A stretch of 64,000 nucleotides of DNA from Polyangiales bacterium (GTDB lineage Bacteria; Myxococcota_A; Polyangia; Polyangiales; Ga0077539), in NCBI GenBank assembly GCA_044229975.1, contig JBGARZ010000004.1:384001-448000 (forward strand), written 5' to 3'. The position numbers and the translations under genes were made by a program. Positions 28,215-38,986 of the stretch are shown one piece after another (within the stretch, counting starts at the first letter, position 1; each line of letters opens with the position of its first letter). The notes under the pieces are model-generated. The model was not told where the DNA came from, did not search any database, and was given only the letters and a program-made list of their open reading frames with translations.

Positions 28215-29171
28215 CTACGGCGCGACCATCGGGCAGTTGACGTTGACGGGCAGCGGACCGGCCACGTTGGCGAGCGCCGTCGCCCAGTCGCGCACGCCGT
28301 CGAAGCCCGCGAGGTTGCCCCGCTGATGGGCCCAGAGCGACGAGTACCCGGGCTGCCCCGGGAGCACCTGCACCACGTTGTGGGTCATGCCTCCGGCCTC
28401 GGTCTGGAAGCCCATGGAGGGGTCGGTGTCGTTGCGGAAGATCACCACGATGCCCGCGCTCGGGACGCGCCCGTTGGCGGTCACCTGGAGGTCGGTCTCG
28501 AACTGCATGAGCGGCGCGATCATGCCGCGCACCCAGGCCCGGTAGCCGGTGACCACGTTGCCCTGGAAGCGCATGGTCGCCGTCGACCCGGCGGGCACCA
28601 CGGCCCAGTCGACGATGCGCGTGGTGAGCGTCGCGGTGGCGTCGCCCTCGGCCACGGCGGCCAGCACGTCGGCCTCGCTGGTGAGCGAGTTGACGTTGTA
28701 CCCGGCGTGGGTGCGCACCTCGGTGATGCGCATGAAGTCGTTGTACCCGGCGTCGCCGGGGATGCCCGTGAGCACCGGGAGCTGCCCCGGGATGCTCTCC
28801 CCGTTGGGGCCGAGGATCACGTACGCGCGGCCGGGCACCACGGGGACGATGTCGAGCGAGTAGTAGGTGACGCGCTCGCCGCCGGGGCCGAACGAGCGCA
28901 CGCCGAAGAGCTGGTCGAAGTTGATGGGCGCGTTGGGGGCGGGCACCACGGGCCGGACGTTGGCCGGGTCAAACACCGGGCCGCTGCGCTTGAACAGCGT
29001 CGCGAAGCTGTCCTGGAAGCGGTCGACGGACACGATCGCCGCCGTGTCGGGGTTGACCGTCGCGCGGTCGGACGTCGTCCCGCAGTGCGCGAGGAAGACG
29101 GTGAAGCAGGCGACGGAGAGGGCGTGACGGGGCGATCGAGGCGTGGCCTTGGCACACATCGGACGGGGCAC
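28215..29171 (-). CDS. Hypothetical lipoprotein with internally repeated PG..GY domain
   Basis: Lipobox-like LAH-C; IPGDAGYNDF and LPGQPGYSSLW; ends VNCP. Confidence 0.7.
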   Translation of the reverse strand: MPRPMCAKATPRSPRHALSVACFTVFLAHCGTTSDRATVNPDTAAIVSVDRFQDSFATLFKRSGPVFDPANVRPVVPAPNAPINFDQLFGVRSFGPGGERVTYYSLDIVPVVPGRAYVILGPNGESIPGQLPVLTGIPGDAGYNDFMRITEVRTHAGYNVNSLTSEADVLAAVAEGDATATLTTRIVDWAVVPAGSTATMRFQGNVVTGYRAWVRGMIAPLMQFETDLQVTANGRVPSAGIVVIFRNDTDPSMGFQTEAGGMTHNVVQVLPGQPGYSSLWAHQRGNLAGFDGVRDWATALANVAGPLPVNVNCPMVAP

Positions 29172-29212
29172 CTTTGGTGTTCGCGAGACCCTCCAGTGAG
29201 CGTCGCGTGCCG

Positions 29213-29242
29213 ACGTCTACGAGCGCGAGCGCCAACGGTTAC
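29213..29242 (-). promoter_or_regulatory. Putative ECF promoter GTAAC-N16-CGTAG
   Basis: GTAACCGTTggcgctcgcgctCGTAGACGT upstream of the 29171 gene. Confidence 0.65.
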
Positions 29243-29478
29243 AACGCTCGTCTCGGCGGCTGCGCTGCTGGGACGGGCGCGGTGGTCATCTACCCGGTCG
29301 GGGCGAGCTGGTAGACGCCGACGACGAAGTAGCCGGGGCCCGTGGAGCGGGTCGTGTCGCTGCGGAGACTCGCAATCGCGGGTGAGGAGTTCGTGGACTT
29401 CGCCCTCGGTGACCGGGGGCATCCGGCGATGCGCCGGGTAGCGCAGGTTGGCCGATCGGGCGATTGAAGCCTCGACGC

Positions 29479-29652
29479 ATGAGCGCCGACCCGCTCCACC
29501 TTCCCCATGACGACGAGTACGCTGAGCGGTTTGCGCGCCTGCCGGACGAAGACCCCGCGGAGTTCTGTGACCTCGCCGCGGCGGTGCCGATCCGATGGGT
29601 CGACGGTATCGGCTGGGTCGAAGATCCCGCGCCCGGCAACGACGCGCCGTGA
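29479..29652 (+). CDS. Small acidic protein, putative antitoxin or its remnant
   Basis: 57 aa, acidic; GTGA overlap with the mazF-like remnant. Confidence 0.5.
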   Translation: MSADPLHLPHDDEYAERFARLPDEDPAEFCDLAAAVPIRWVDGIGWVEDPAPGNDAP

Positions 29653-29773
29653 CAGGTTTGCCCCGCGGCACCGTGCTGCTCATCGATCTCGCGCCTGTCG
29701 TCGGCCACGAACAACAGAGCATCCGCTCCTGCAACGCGTCGACGACGCCCTGCGGTTATTTCTGGGGTTGTAA
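29649..29773 (+). pseudogene. PemK/MazF toxin remnant with internal deletion
   Basis: N-terminus RGTVLLIDLAPVVGHEQQSIRSC joined out of frame to C-terminus LQRVDDALRLFLGL*. Confidence 0.75.
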
Positions 29774-29816
29774 CGGGGGCGCGCCGGGCGGGTGAAGGCG
29801 CTGCTGCGCGGGTGGG

Positions 29817-31166
29817 TCAGCGGTTGGCCCGGCCCGGGCCGCGGCCCGGCACGAAGGACGAGATCATTTCGCGCATCGCGTCCTCGAACTCCGCGTAGTG
29901 CTCGACGGTGCTCGACCCCACCACGGTGTATGCCTCCGCCTCGGTGGTGACGAGGCCGATGATCCAGCGCCGCCGCACGCCCTCATCGGTGGCGTCGTAG
30001 CGCAGGAGCGTTCCTTCGCCCGCCGTGAGGTGCAGCGCCTCCTCGCCAAGCCACACCGTCACGCTGGGGCCCACCACCCGGCGAAACTCGCGCACGTACA
30101 TCTGGTGATCGAAGACGCTCCCCGCCTCGGCGCGCTCGCCGGTCACGTAGAGCGTTCCGTACGAGTACGGGACGGTGAGCCACCGGTCGACGGTCGCGAG
30201 CTCGGCGGCCGCCTCGGCCTGGTTGCGCAGGTACCACCCGGGCGCCACGCGCATCGTGTAGTCGAAGGCGCGGCCCCGCAGCACGCCGCCGGCAACCGCG
30301 GAGACGTGGTCCTCTCCATTGGCGCCGCCCGCGTTGTTGGGCAGCCCCTCGAACGGCAGCAGCTCGAAGCCGCGCATCGCGTCGGACATGCCCTGCCACG
30401 TCTCCGCGGTCGAGCGCGCGTCGGCGAAGCCCATGAGCTGCACCATCTGCGGGCCCGCGACGAAGGCCGCGAGGCGGTAGCGCAGGCGCAGCGAGGCGCC
30501 GCCTCCATTGGGGGCGAGGGTGACCTCGACCTCGGCCAACGGCACGCCGGGGTGCCCCGCGAGCTCGCGGCGGGGTAGCTCGCGCGCGTCGGTCCCGCTG
30601 CCGCGGATGTGCTCGATCATAGTCCGCAGCACCACCGCGGCGTCGCCCACGTGGTCCGGGGCGATGGTCTCCGCGATCACGGCGACGTGCGCGTCGTGGG
30701 CGGGGTTGGTGATCCACTGGTCGTAGAGCTCGTTGGCGGCGTGCGCGGAGGCTTGCGTGTGCGCGATCCACGCGGGCGGCAGCGGCAGGCGGTAGCGGCC
30801 GCGCACGCCGCGCACCTCGCGGGGGTTGGGGTGCACGTACTCGGGCGACCGCGCGGCGAGGCTCGCGAGGGGGCGGTCGAGCGCGCCCGAGAGGACCAGC
30901 AGGCCGAGGGCCTCGCCGACGAAGCACAGCCCGACGAGCAGAAGCGAGGCGACGAGGCGCGCGCGGCCGGGTCGCCCGACGAGGAGCCCGAAGATCGCGA
31001 CGGCGTAGGCGACCTGTATCGCGACGGTCGCCCAGTCGGACGACGCCGCGTGGGTCACGAACGAGAAAAGGGTGCCCACGGCGATGCGGAAGAGGATCCA
31101 GGTGCGTACGCGCTCGCTGCCCTGGAGCAGCGCCCAGGGAGATCCTGGGTCATCGCGCGATATCAC
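29817..31166 (-). CDS. Hypothetical membrane protein with two PsbP/Mog1-like extracytoplasmic domains
   Basis: N-terminal hydrophobic helices, then two similar Y.L.LP..W...D.W domains; start uncertain. Confidence 0.55.
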   Translation of the reverse strand: MISRDDPGSPWALLQGSERVRTWILFRIAVGTLFSFVTHAASSDWATVAIQVAYAVAIFGLLVGRPGRARLVASLLLVGLCFVGEALGLLVLSGALDRPLASLAARSPEYVHPNPREVRGVRGRYRLPLPPAWIAHTQASAHAANELYDQWITNPAHDAHVAVIAETIAPDHVGDAAVVLRTMIEHIRGSGTDARELPRRELAGHPGVPLAEVEVTLAPNGGGASLRLRYRLAAFVAGPQMVQLMGFADARSTAETWQGMSDAMRGFELLPFEGLPNNAGGANGEDHVSAVAGGVLRGRAFDYTMRVAPGWYLRNQAEAAAELATVDRWLTVPYSYGTLYVTGERAEAGSVFDHQMYVREFRRVVGPSVTVWLGEEALHLTAGEGTLLRYDATDEGVRRRWIIGLVTTEAEAYTVVGSSTVEHYAEFEDAMREMISSFVPGRGPGRANR

Positions 31167-31307
31167 CCGCCTCGTGTGCGGTTGGCAATCCAGTGGTCGG
31201 AGCGCGGGGCGCGGATCACAGGTCCAGACGAATCACGTTGAACGACAGCCCCGTGCCGACGATGGCGAAGAGCCTGTCGCCCTCGACGTCGAGGAGCCCG
31301 CCGGCGC

Positions 31308-31517
31308 TCATCGACGGGAGCATGCGGGAGCGGCCGTCGGCGCGATCCACGCGAGGGCGACGAGGGCGACGAGCAGGAGCACCGTCGAGGCCACCTGCCA
31401 GACCGCGCGGGCTTCGCGCGGCTGGGCGAAGCGGTTGAGGTCCAGCAGCAGGGACCGACCGGTGTCGGGGAGAGCGGCGGCGCCCGCCGACGGAGACTCG
31501 ACGCGGTGCTGATGCAT
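31308..31517 (-). pseudogene. Possible fatty-acid-desaturase N-terminal fragment
   Basis: GRSLLLDLNRFAQPREARAVWQVASTVLLL resembles desaturase N-termini; no His boxes follow. Confidence 0.35.
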
Positions 31518-31733
31518 CCCTCGACGCTCCCTTCGCGGGCCTCGCGGCCGGTGTGAGGAAGGGTCAAGAGCAGCCCGCGTGCCCGCGGTTCGCCGCGCTC
31601 GGGAGCCTGAAATTAAGCTGTATTGTGAGGGTCGCGGTCGTGGCCGGTCAGTGGCCGGTCAGTGGCCGGCCGTCGGGCCGCGGGCCCTTCCCTCGACTGG
31701 AACTGCACCCGGCCGCCGTGGTACGCGCGCCCC

Positions 31734-33170
31734 ATGGCACAGAAGATCGTCGATCGACGCAAGCGCAGCGCGGCTCCGGCCCTGGTGGAGTGGATCGGCG
31801 GATCGCTCACGACGCTGGACGGTGAGTCCGCGGTGTTGTGGGTGCACCGCGGCCGACCGGTGGCGCAGCGCCCGCTCGCGGGGGCGACGGTGGCCGACGC
31901 GCTGCGGTCGCTCATCGAGGGCGCGGACGCCGAGCGGCGGCCGACGCGGCTGCGGGTCGACGCGGCGACGGCCGAGGCGCTGGGGCCGGAGGTGGCGGGC
32001 GTCGAGGTGACGGCGGGCGACGTCACGGAGGTCACGCGGCTGCAAGGCATGCTGGTCGACGACGAGCGCATCCCGATGTCCGATGAGCCGTCGATGACGA
32101 AGGGGGGACGGGTTCCGGTTGGCGTGTGGGCGGGGCTCTTCGAGTCGGCGGCGCGGATGCAGCTCGTCGCGCCGTGGCGCAACCTGTCCGAGAACGACCT
32201 GGTGCAAGTGAGCTGCCCCGCGCTCGGGCTCGACAAGGTGGTGGCGTCCATCTTCGATCTCGCGGAGCCCGGTGACGGCACGCGCGGGGTCGCGTGCTTC
32301 GAGAGCCTGGAGGCGTTTCAGGGCTTCCGTCGCGAGGTCGAAGAAGTGGGCGAAGAGGCGTCGGCCAACCTGCCGCGCTTCGTGCTCAACCTGATGACGC
32401 CGCGCTCGCTGGCGCCGGGGCTGGTGCGGGAGATCGCGCAGCACGGACTGCCCGTGGTGGAAAACCGCGCGCCGTTTCTGGTGGGAACGCAGACGACGCA
32501 GGGCGGGGCGCAGGCGTCGCCGCGGCAGGTGTTGCAGGCGTGGGCGGTGATCGAGGCGGTGAGCTGGGTGGCGGGCCGCGAGGCCGACGGCAAGACGCTG
32601 CGCTTCGACGCACTGGATGAGCGCGAGGCGTCGGTGACCTTCGTGGCGCCGATGATTCCGGGGCTGCCGCGGGTGGAGGTGACGCCCGTTCCGGCGGAGG
32701 CGGTGGAGGCCGACGACCGGCCGCCGACGGACGCCGAGGCGCACGCCGAAGAGGTGTGGCTGTGGGCCGAAGGGTACTTCGACGAGCAGGTGGAGAAGGG
32801 GCGCGAGAAGGCGTCGCTGCGGGCCTTCAACACGCTGGTGGACGTGCTGTGCTCGCGGCTGGAGGAGGAAGAAGAAGCAACGCCGCGCCTCGCGGACTGG
32901 GAGGCGGCGGACGTCGAGGTGCTGTGGGCGGCGGTGGCGGCGGACGTCCCGGTGTCGGCGGAGGAGCTGCTGCCGGGCGTGGACGACCTCGTGGCGTGGC
33001 TGCGGTGGTGCGAGGCGACGGGGCGCTTTGCGCTGGGCGAGGTGCTGGCCGAGACGGTGCTCGCGGCGAAGGACGACTTCGCGAAGACCCAGGCGGCGGC
33101 GCGCGAGGAGAGCGAGCTGCGGACGCTGGAGGCGTACTACGCGGGGGTGTTCGGGACCGACGAGGAGTGA
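31734..33170 (+). CDS. Hypothetical acidic protein
   Basis: 478-aa ORF with consistent codon bias; APW..L.E.DL motif. Confidence 0.7.
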   Translation: MAQKIVDRRKRSAAPALVEWIGGSLTTLDGESAVLWVHRGRPVAQRPLAGATVADALRSLIEGADAERRPTRLRVDAATAEALGPEVAGVEVTAGDVTEVTRLQGMLVDDERIPMSDEPSMTKGGRVPVGVWAGLFESAARMQLVAPWRNLSENDLVQVSCPALGLDKVVASIFDLAEPGDGTRGVACFESLEAFQGFRREVEEVGEEASANLPRFVLNLMTPRSLAPGLVREIAQHGLPVVENRAPFLVGTQTTQGGAQASPRQVLQAWAVIEAVSWVAGREADGKTLRFDALDEREASVTFVAPMIPGLPRVEVTPVPAEAVEADDRPPTDAEAHAEEVWLWAEGYFDEQVEKGREKASLRAFNTLVDVLCSRLEEEEEATPRLADWEAADVEVLWAAVAADVPVSAEELLPGVDDLVAWLRWCEATGRFALGEVLAETVLAAKDDFAKTQAAAREESELRTLEAYYAGVFGTDEE

Positions 33171-33337
33171 AGAGGCGTTGATCAACGTCTCCCGTCGGCA
33201 CCGCGGCGGGGCACGTCACGAGATGGATCAACACGTCCTCAGCGGACCCCGCCCGCTGGTTGCGAGCGCAAGAAGGGGTGGTGTAGGGTCGGACCTCGTT
33301 ACCGCACGGTTGTACGAATATCTGGGGAAGCGCCGCC

Positions 33338-34743
<1,406 letters not shown>

Positions 34744-34744
<1 letters not shown>

Positions 34745-35772
34745 TGCGCTCACTCCACCTCGCGCTGCTCTCCCTGGGCGTGCTCGCGGCGCCGTCCCTC
34801 GCCCGCGCGCAGGAGGTCGACGTCGACGCCCTCCAGCGGCGCGGCCTCGCCCTGCGCGAGCAGGGGCGACCCGCCGACGCGCTGGAGCTGTTTCGACAGG
34901 CGCAGGCGCGGCAGCCGGAGCCCCGGACCCTCGCCCGCATCGGGCTCGCCGAGGCGGAGCTCGGTCGCTGGGTCGACGCCGAGCAGCACCTCGGCGAGGC
35001 CCTCGCCGCGAGCCGCGACCGCTGGATCCGCCACAACCGGGAAGACCTCGAAGCCGAGCTCGACACGGTGCGCGGCCACCTCGGGCAGCTGGAGGTCGTC
35101 GTGCGGACGCCCGCCGCGCGCCTCTCGCTCAACGGCGGAGAGCCTCGCCCGCTCCCGCTCCCCGGGCCGCTGCGCGTCGCCGAGGGGACCACCAACCTCG
35201 ACGTCAGCGCCGACGGGTGCGAGGGCGCGCACCGCACCTTCGTCGTGGCCCCGCGGGGCACGGCGCGCGTCGAGCTTGACCTCGTCTGCCGCCCGCCCGC
35301 GGCGCCCGTCTCGGCGCCCGCGCCCGCTCCCCCGGTCGTCGCGCTCCCGACGGCTCTCCCCGCACCGCCGCCGCCGCGACCTGCGCCGGTGGTTCCGCGC
35401 GCCCCGACGCCTGCCCACGGCTCATCGCTGCGCGTCGCCGCGTGGGCGTCGTGGGGTGGTGCCGTGCTCTTCGCGGGCGTCGGGGTCGCCGGCCTCGTGG
35501 TCGGTGGCGCCGCGGCCGACCGCTGGAACGACGACGCCCAGTGCCTCGCCCCCGGCCGCTCGCGCGAGTCGCTCTGCGCGGACGACCGCTCGCTCGCCGA
35601 GACCATGGGGCCGGTCGCGACCGCGGGCTTCGTGGGCGCGGGTGTCCTGGCCGCCACCGGGGTCGTGCTCTGGACGCTCTCCGGTCGATCGGGCGAGCGC
35701 CCCGCCGCGCGCGCCCTCCCGTGCGCGCCGTCGCTCGCCGTACCCTCCGTCCGCTGCACGTTCACCTTCTAA
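34744..35772 (+). CDS. TPR/PEGA-domain exported protein
   Basis: Signal peptide, TPR-like helices, PEGA-like beta domain, C-terminal hydrophobic segments; TGATG overlap with the kinase. Confidence 0.8.
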
Positions 35773-35805
35773 GCTGTCGACCCCGTAGTTGGGAGCACCG
35801 CCCCG

Positions 35806-36630
35806 ATGCCGACGTTCATCATCCACGCACTCAACAAGCCCGCCACCAAGCTGACCTTCGACGCGCCGCGCGTGCAGGTCGGGCGCGACCCCGACTGCGA
35901 CATCGTGCTGCCCGACGAAGCGGTCTCCCGCTCGCACGCCGTTTTCGCGCGCAGCGTCGACGGTCGCTGGTCGCTCCAGTGCGTCTCGGCCACCAACCCC
36001 GTCGTGGTCGACGGTCACGTGGTCACCACCCTCGCGCCCGTGTCCGAGGGCACCGAGGTCCTGGTCGGCGGTGACCATCTCATCATCTTCTCCGAAAACG
36101 CCTTCAAGGCCGACGAGTACATCCAGATCAAGTCGCACTACGAGCGCAAGCGCTGCCCGCAGTGCCGCTGGGAGGGGATGACCTCCTCGCTGCGCGTGCT
36201 GCCGTGCCCGCGCTGTGGGCACGCCGCGCTCGACGCCATCCAGTCCTACAAGGGATCCCCTTCGACGGCGCCGCAGGTCGAGACGGCGGCCATGAAGCCC
36301 GAAGACGCGCGCGCCCTGTTCTCGAAGATCCGGGCCGCGCGCATGAGCTACATCGAGCGCGCCGACGGCAAGGTGGAGGGCGTCACCCGCGCCGAGCTGT
36401 CGGAGTCGCGGGGCGTCACCCTCGGGCCCGGGGACGACCCGGCGCTCAAGGTGTTCGGGCTCCACGTCGGAACGATCACCATCGCCTGGTCCGGTGAGCA
36501 CTTCGAGGCCCGCAGCGGGATGTTGTTTCCCGCCATGCGGGTCAACGGCGAGAAGACGAAGACGGCCCCGCTCCGCAACGGTGATGTCATCGAGGTCGGC
36601 AGCAACCAGTTTCGCTTCGCGACGACCTGA
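35806..36630 (+). CDS. Double FHA-domain protein with central zinc ribbon
   Basis: VGRDPDCDIVL..VSRSHA; CPQC/CPRC; C-terminal VNG...LRNGDVIEVG. Confidence 0.85.
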   Translation: MPTFIIHALNKPATKLTFDAPRVQVGRDPDCDIVLPDEAVSRSHAVFARSVDGRWSLQCVSATNPVVVDGHVVTTLAPVSEGTEVLVGGDHLIIFSENAFKADEYIQIKSHYERKRCPQCRWEGMTSSLRVLPCPRCGHAALDAIQSYKGSPSTAPQVETAAMKPEDARALFSKIRAARMSYIERADGKVEGVTRAELSESRGVTLGPGDDPALKVFGLHVGTITIAWSGEHFEARSGMLFPAMRVNGEKTKTAPLRNGDVIEVGSNQFRFATT

Positions 36631-36635
36631 CCTTC

Positions 36636-37811
36636 TCAGCGCGCGGTCACGCAGCGGAAGCCAAGCCCGCCGTTCTGGTAGTACGACGGCGCGGTGTTGG
36701 CGCCCATGGAGAGCACGCCGCTCGCGCTCGTCACGGCGGTGTACGGCAGGCCGTGGGCGACCACCGCGGGCAGCCCCGCCACCACGCTCGACGCGCTGGC
36801 CGTGGGCGCGCGGTGGTACACGGCGCCGGTGACCGCGACCGAGACGTCCCCGTTGCCGTAGTCCGCGCCGAAGCCGGCCACGGCCGCCGTGCCCGTGTCG
36901 AACGCGCTCGCCTGCCAGCCCGCCGAGAACTCCCCGACGTTGCCGACCATGTCCTCGGCGCCCCAGGCGCTCACGCAGGTCACCGCCGCGCCCGTCGCCC
37001 GTCGCGCGGCCGCGGTGAGGGCGCAGTCGCCGACGGCGGGGGTCCCGCGCGCGGCGGTGATCCACTCCGCGCTCGTCGGCAGGCGCTTGCCGCTCAGCCG
37101 GCACGCCTCCTCGGAGAGAAACCACGACGCCTCGCCGAAGGGCGCCACGCCGCGTCGGCTGAACGCGTACACGGGCGTCGTGTAGTTGCCCGTCACCGGG
37201 AAGCCGCCCGGCAGCGCGGCGAGGGTCGCGTAGCGGTCGCCGCCGCCGTCGGGCTGCGCCGCGAGGCTCGCCTCGAAGCGGTCGATCCAGAAGGCCGTCG
37301 ACCCGGCGCCGACCCGCACGACCTCGTCGAAGCCGCCGTCGGCGAGGGCGCGGCGGCAGTGGGCGCGCCCCACGCTGGAGGGCTCGTAGCCCGTCGGGCA
37401 CAGCGGCGTGCCGACGGCGCTCGCGTAGCGCACGTACGGAACCGTGGAGACCGACTGGTTGCTGGCCACGGTGCGCGACCCGACGCGCACGTCGAAGGTC
37501 ACGTCGCGCCCGTCGAGCAGGCGCCGCGGGCACGCCCCGAGGGGGATCGCCGCGCGAAACGACCCGTCGGCGCGCGGGGTCACGGTGACCGATGGAGAGC
37601 AGAGCGCCGTCGCGCCGCTGCGGAAGTCGAAGGTGAGGGTCTGCGCGCCGGAGACGCCGGTGAGCGTTCCGGCGAAGCTCAGCGTCGAGCCGACCGGGCC
37701 CCCGGGGACCGCGCGCGCGAGCCGCACCGTCACGAACACCGACGCGCTCGCGACCGCGGCGAGGGCCGCCGCGCGCATCCACCAACGGTCGCGGAGGACG
37801 GAGGCGCTCAT
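36636..37811 (-). CDS. Exported FGE-sulfatase/C-type-lectin-fold protein, paralogue 3
   Basis: FWIDRFEAS, ACRLSGKRLPT..EW, DMVGNVGE, GFRC. Confidence 0.85.
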   Translation of the reverse strand: MSASVLRDRWWMRAAALAAVASASVFVTVRLARAVPGGPVGSTLSFAGTLTGVSGAQTLTFDFRSGATALCSPSVTVTPRADGSFRAAIPLGACPRRLLDGRDVTFDVRVGSRTVASNQSVSTVPYVRYASAVGTPLCPTGYEPSSVGRAHCRRALADGGFDEVVRVGAGSTAFWIDRFEASLAAQPDGGGDRYATLAALPGGFPVTGNYTTPVYAFSRRGVAPFGEASWFLSEEACRLSGKRLPTSAEWITAARGTPAVGDCALTAAARRATGAAVTCVSAWGAEDMVGNVGEFSAGWQASAFDTGTAAVAGFGADYGNGDVSVAVTGAVYHRAPTASASSVVAGLPAVVAHGLPYTAVTSASGVLSMGANTAPSYYQNGGLGFRCVTAR

Positions 37812-38986
37812 CGGGTCACCACGCAGCGGAAGCCCGCGAAGGGGCCCGCGTAGCTGGGGGCGTAGCGCGCGTCGACGGTGAGCACGCCGGCCTCGGTTCC
37901 CTGGCTGGCGTCGCCGCCGCGGAGCACCATCGCCGGCAGCCCGGTGCCCGTGGTGCTGGCGCCGTCGACGATCAGCGTGCCCGCGAAGCCCGCGGTGGAG
38001 TCCTGCCCGAAGGCGGCCGGCCAGGTGCCGAGGCTGGCGCCAGGGTCGGTGCTGAGCAGCGCGTACCAATCCTCGACCATCTCTGCGACGCCGCCGATCA
38101 TGTCGCGCGCCCCCGCGGCGCTCGCGCAGCCCGCGCTGTCCGCGGCGCCGTAGCCGAGGCGCAGTCCGTCCCCCGTGGTACGGCAGGTGCCGCCCGTGCC
38201 GTCGCTGGCGCCCGGGTCGGGCGTGCCGCGCGCCGCGAGGAACCACTCCGCCATGCGCGGCAGCCGCTTGCCGCTCGCGCGACACGCCTCGTGCGCCTGG
38301 AACCAGGTGAGGTAGCGCGACGGACCGACGCCTTCGACCGAGCGCGCGTAGGCTGCGGCGCTCCACTGGCCGTCGTCGGGGAAGCTGGCGGGGTAGTCGT
38401 CCTCGATGGCCCCGAGGCGACCTCCCACGGCGTCGGCGGACGTCCACACGCCGGCCTCGAAGCGGTCGATCCAGAACGCACCCTCGCCCGCGCCGACCCG
38501 CACCAGGTCGTCGAAGACACCCGCGCGCAGCTCGCGGCGACAGAGCACGGCGTCGGCCGCGGCGGCGCGCTCGTACCCGACGGGGCACTCGGGCACGCCT
38601 GCGCGGTCGGCGTAGCGGGCGTGCGGCACCGCGTCGATGGCCTGGTCGCGCACGAGCACCACGCCGTCCGCGGACACGTCGTAGCGCACGTCGCTGCCGT
38701 CGAAGTAGCCCCGGCACGCGCCGAGCGGGACCTCCACGTCGAGGTGCCCCGCGGCGTCCGGGGTCGCGGCGACGGTGACCACGCACGGGTCGCTCCCCGC
38801 GCGGCGAAACTCAAAGCGCAGCGACGCGGGCCCTGTCCGGCCGGTGAGCTGGCCCGACCACGAGAGCACCGCGCGGGTCTCACCGCCGGTCACGGCGTTG
38901 GCGACGCGGTACGACGCGAGCGAGGCGCCGAGCACGAGGGCGGCCGTGGCGAGGGCGCGCGCGACGGGCTTCCAGGGTGACGTCAT
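37808..38986 (-). CDS. Exported FGE-sulfatase/C-type-lectin-fold protein, paralogue 2
   Basis: FWIDRFEA, ACRASGKRLP..EW, DMIGGVAE, RGG, GFRC; ATGA overlap. Confidence 0.85.
   Translation of the reverse strand: MTSPWKPVARALATAALVLGASLASYRVANAVTGGETRAVLSWSGQLTGRTGPASLRFEFRRAGSDPCVVTVAATPDAAGHLDVEVPLGACRGYFDGSDVRYDVSADGVVLVRDQAIDAVPHARYADRAGVPECPVGYERAAAADAVLCRRELRAGVFDDLVRVGAGEGAFWIDRFEAGVWTSADAVGGRLGAIEDDYPASFPDDGQWSAAAYARSVEGVGPSRYLTWFQAHEACRASGKRLPRMAEWFLAARGTPDPGASDGTGGTCRTTGDGLRLGYGAADSAGCASAAGARDMIGGVAEMVEDWYALLSTDPGASLGTWPAAFGQDSTAGFAGTLIVDGASTTGTGLPAMVLRGGDASQGTEAGVLTVDARYAPSYAGPFAGFRCVVTR

Noticed and set aside
33177..33232. GTTGATC...GATCAAC hairpin as an attC
   Set aside because: Box order is reversed relative to attC and it is isolated; possibly a terminator-like hairpin.
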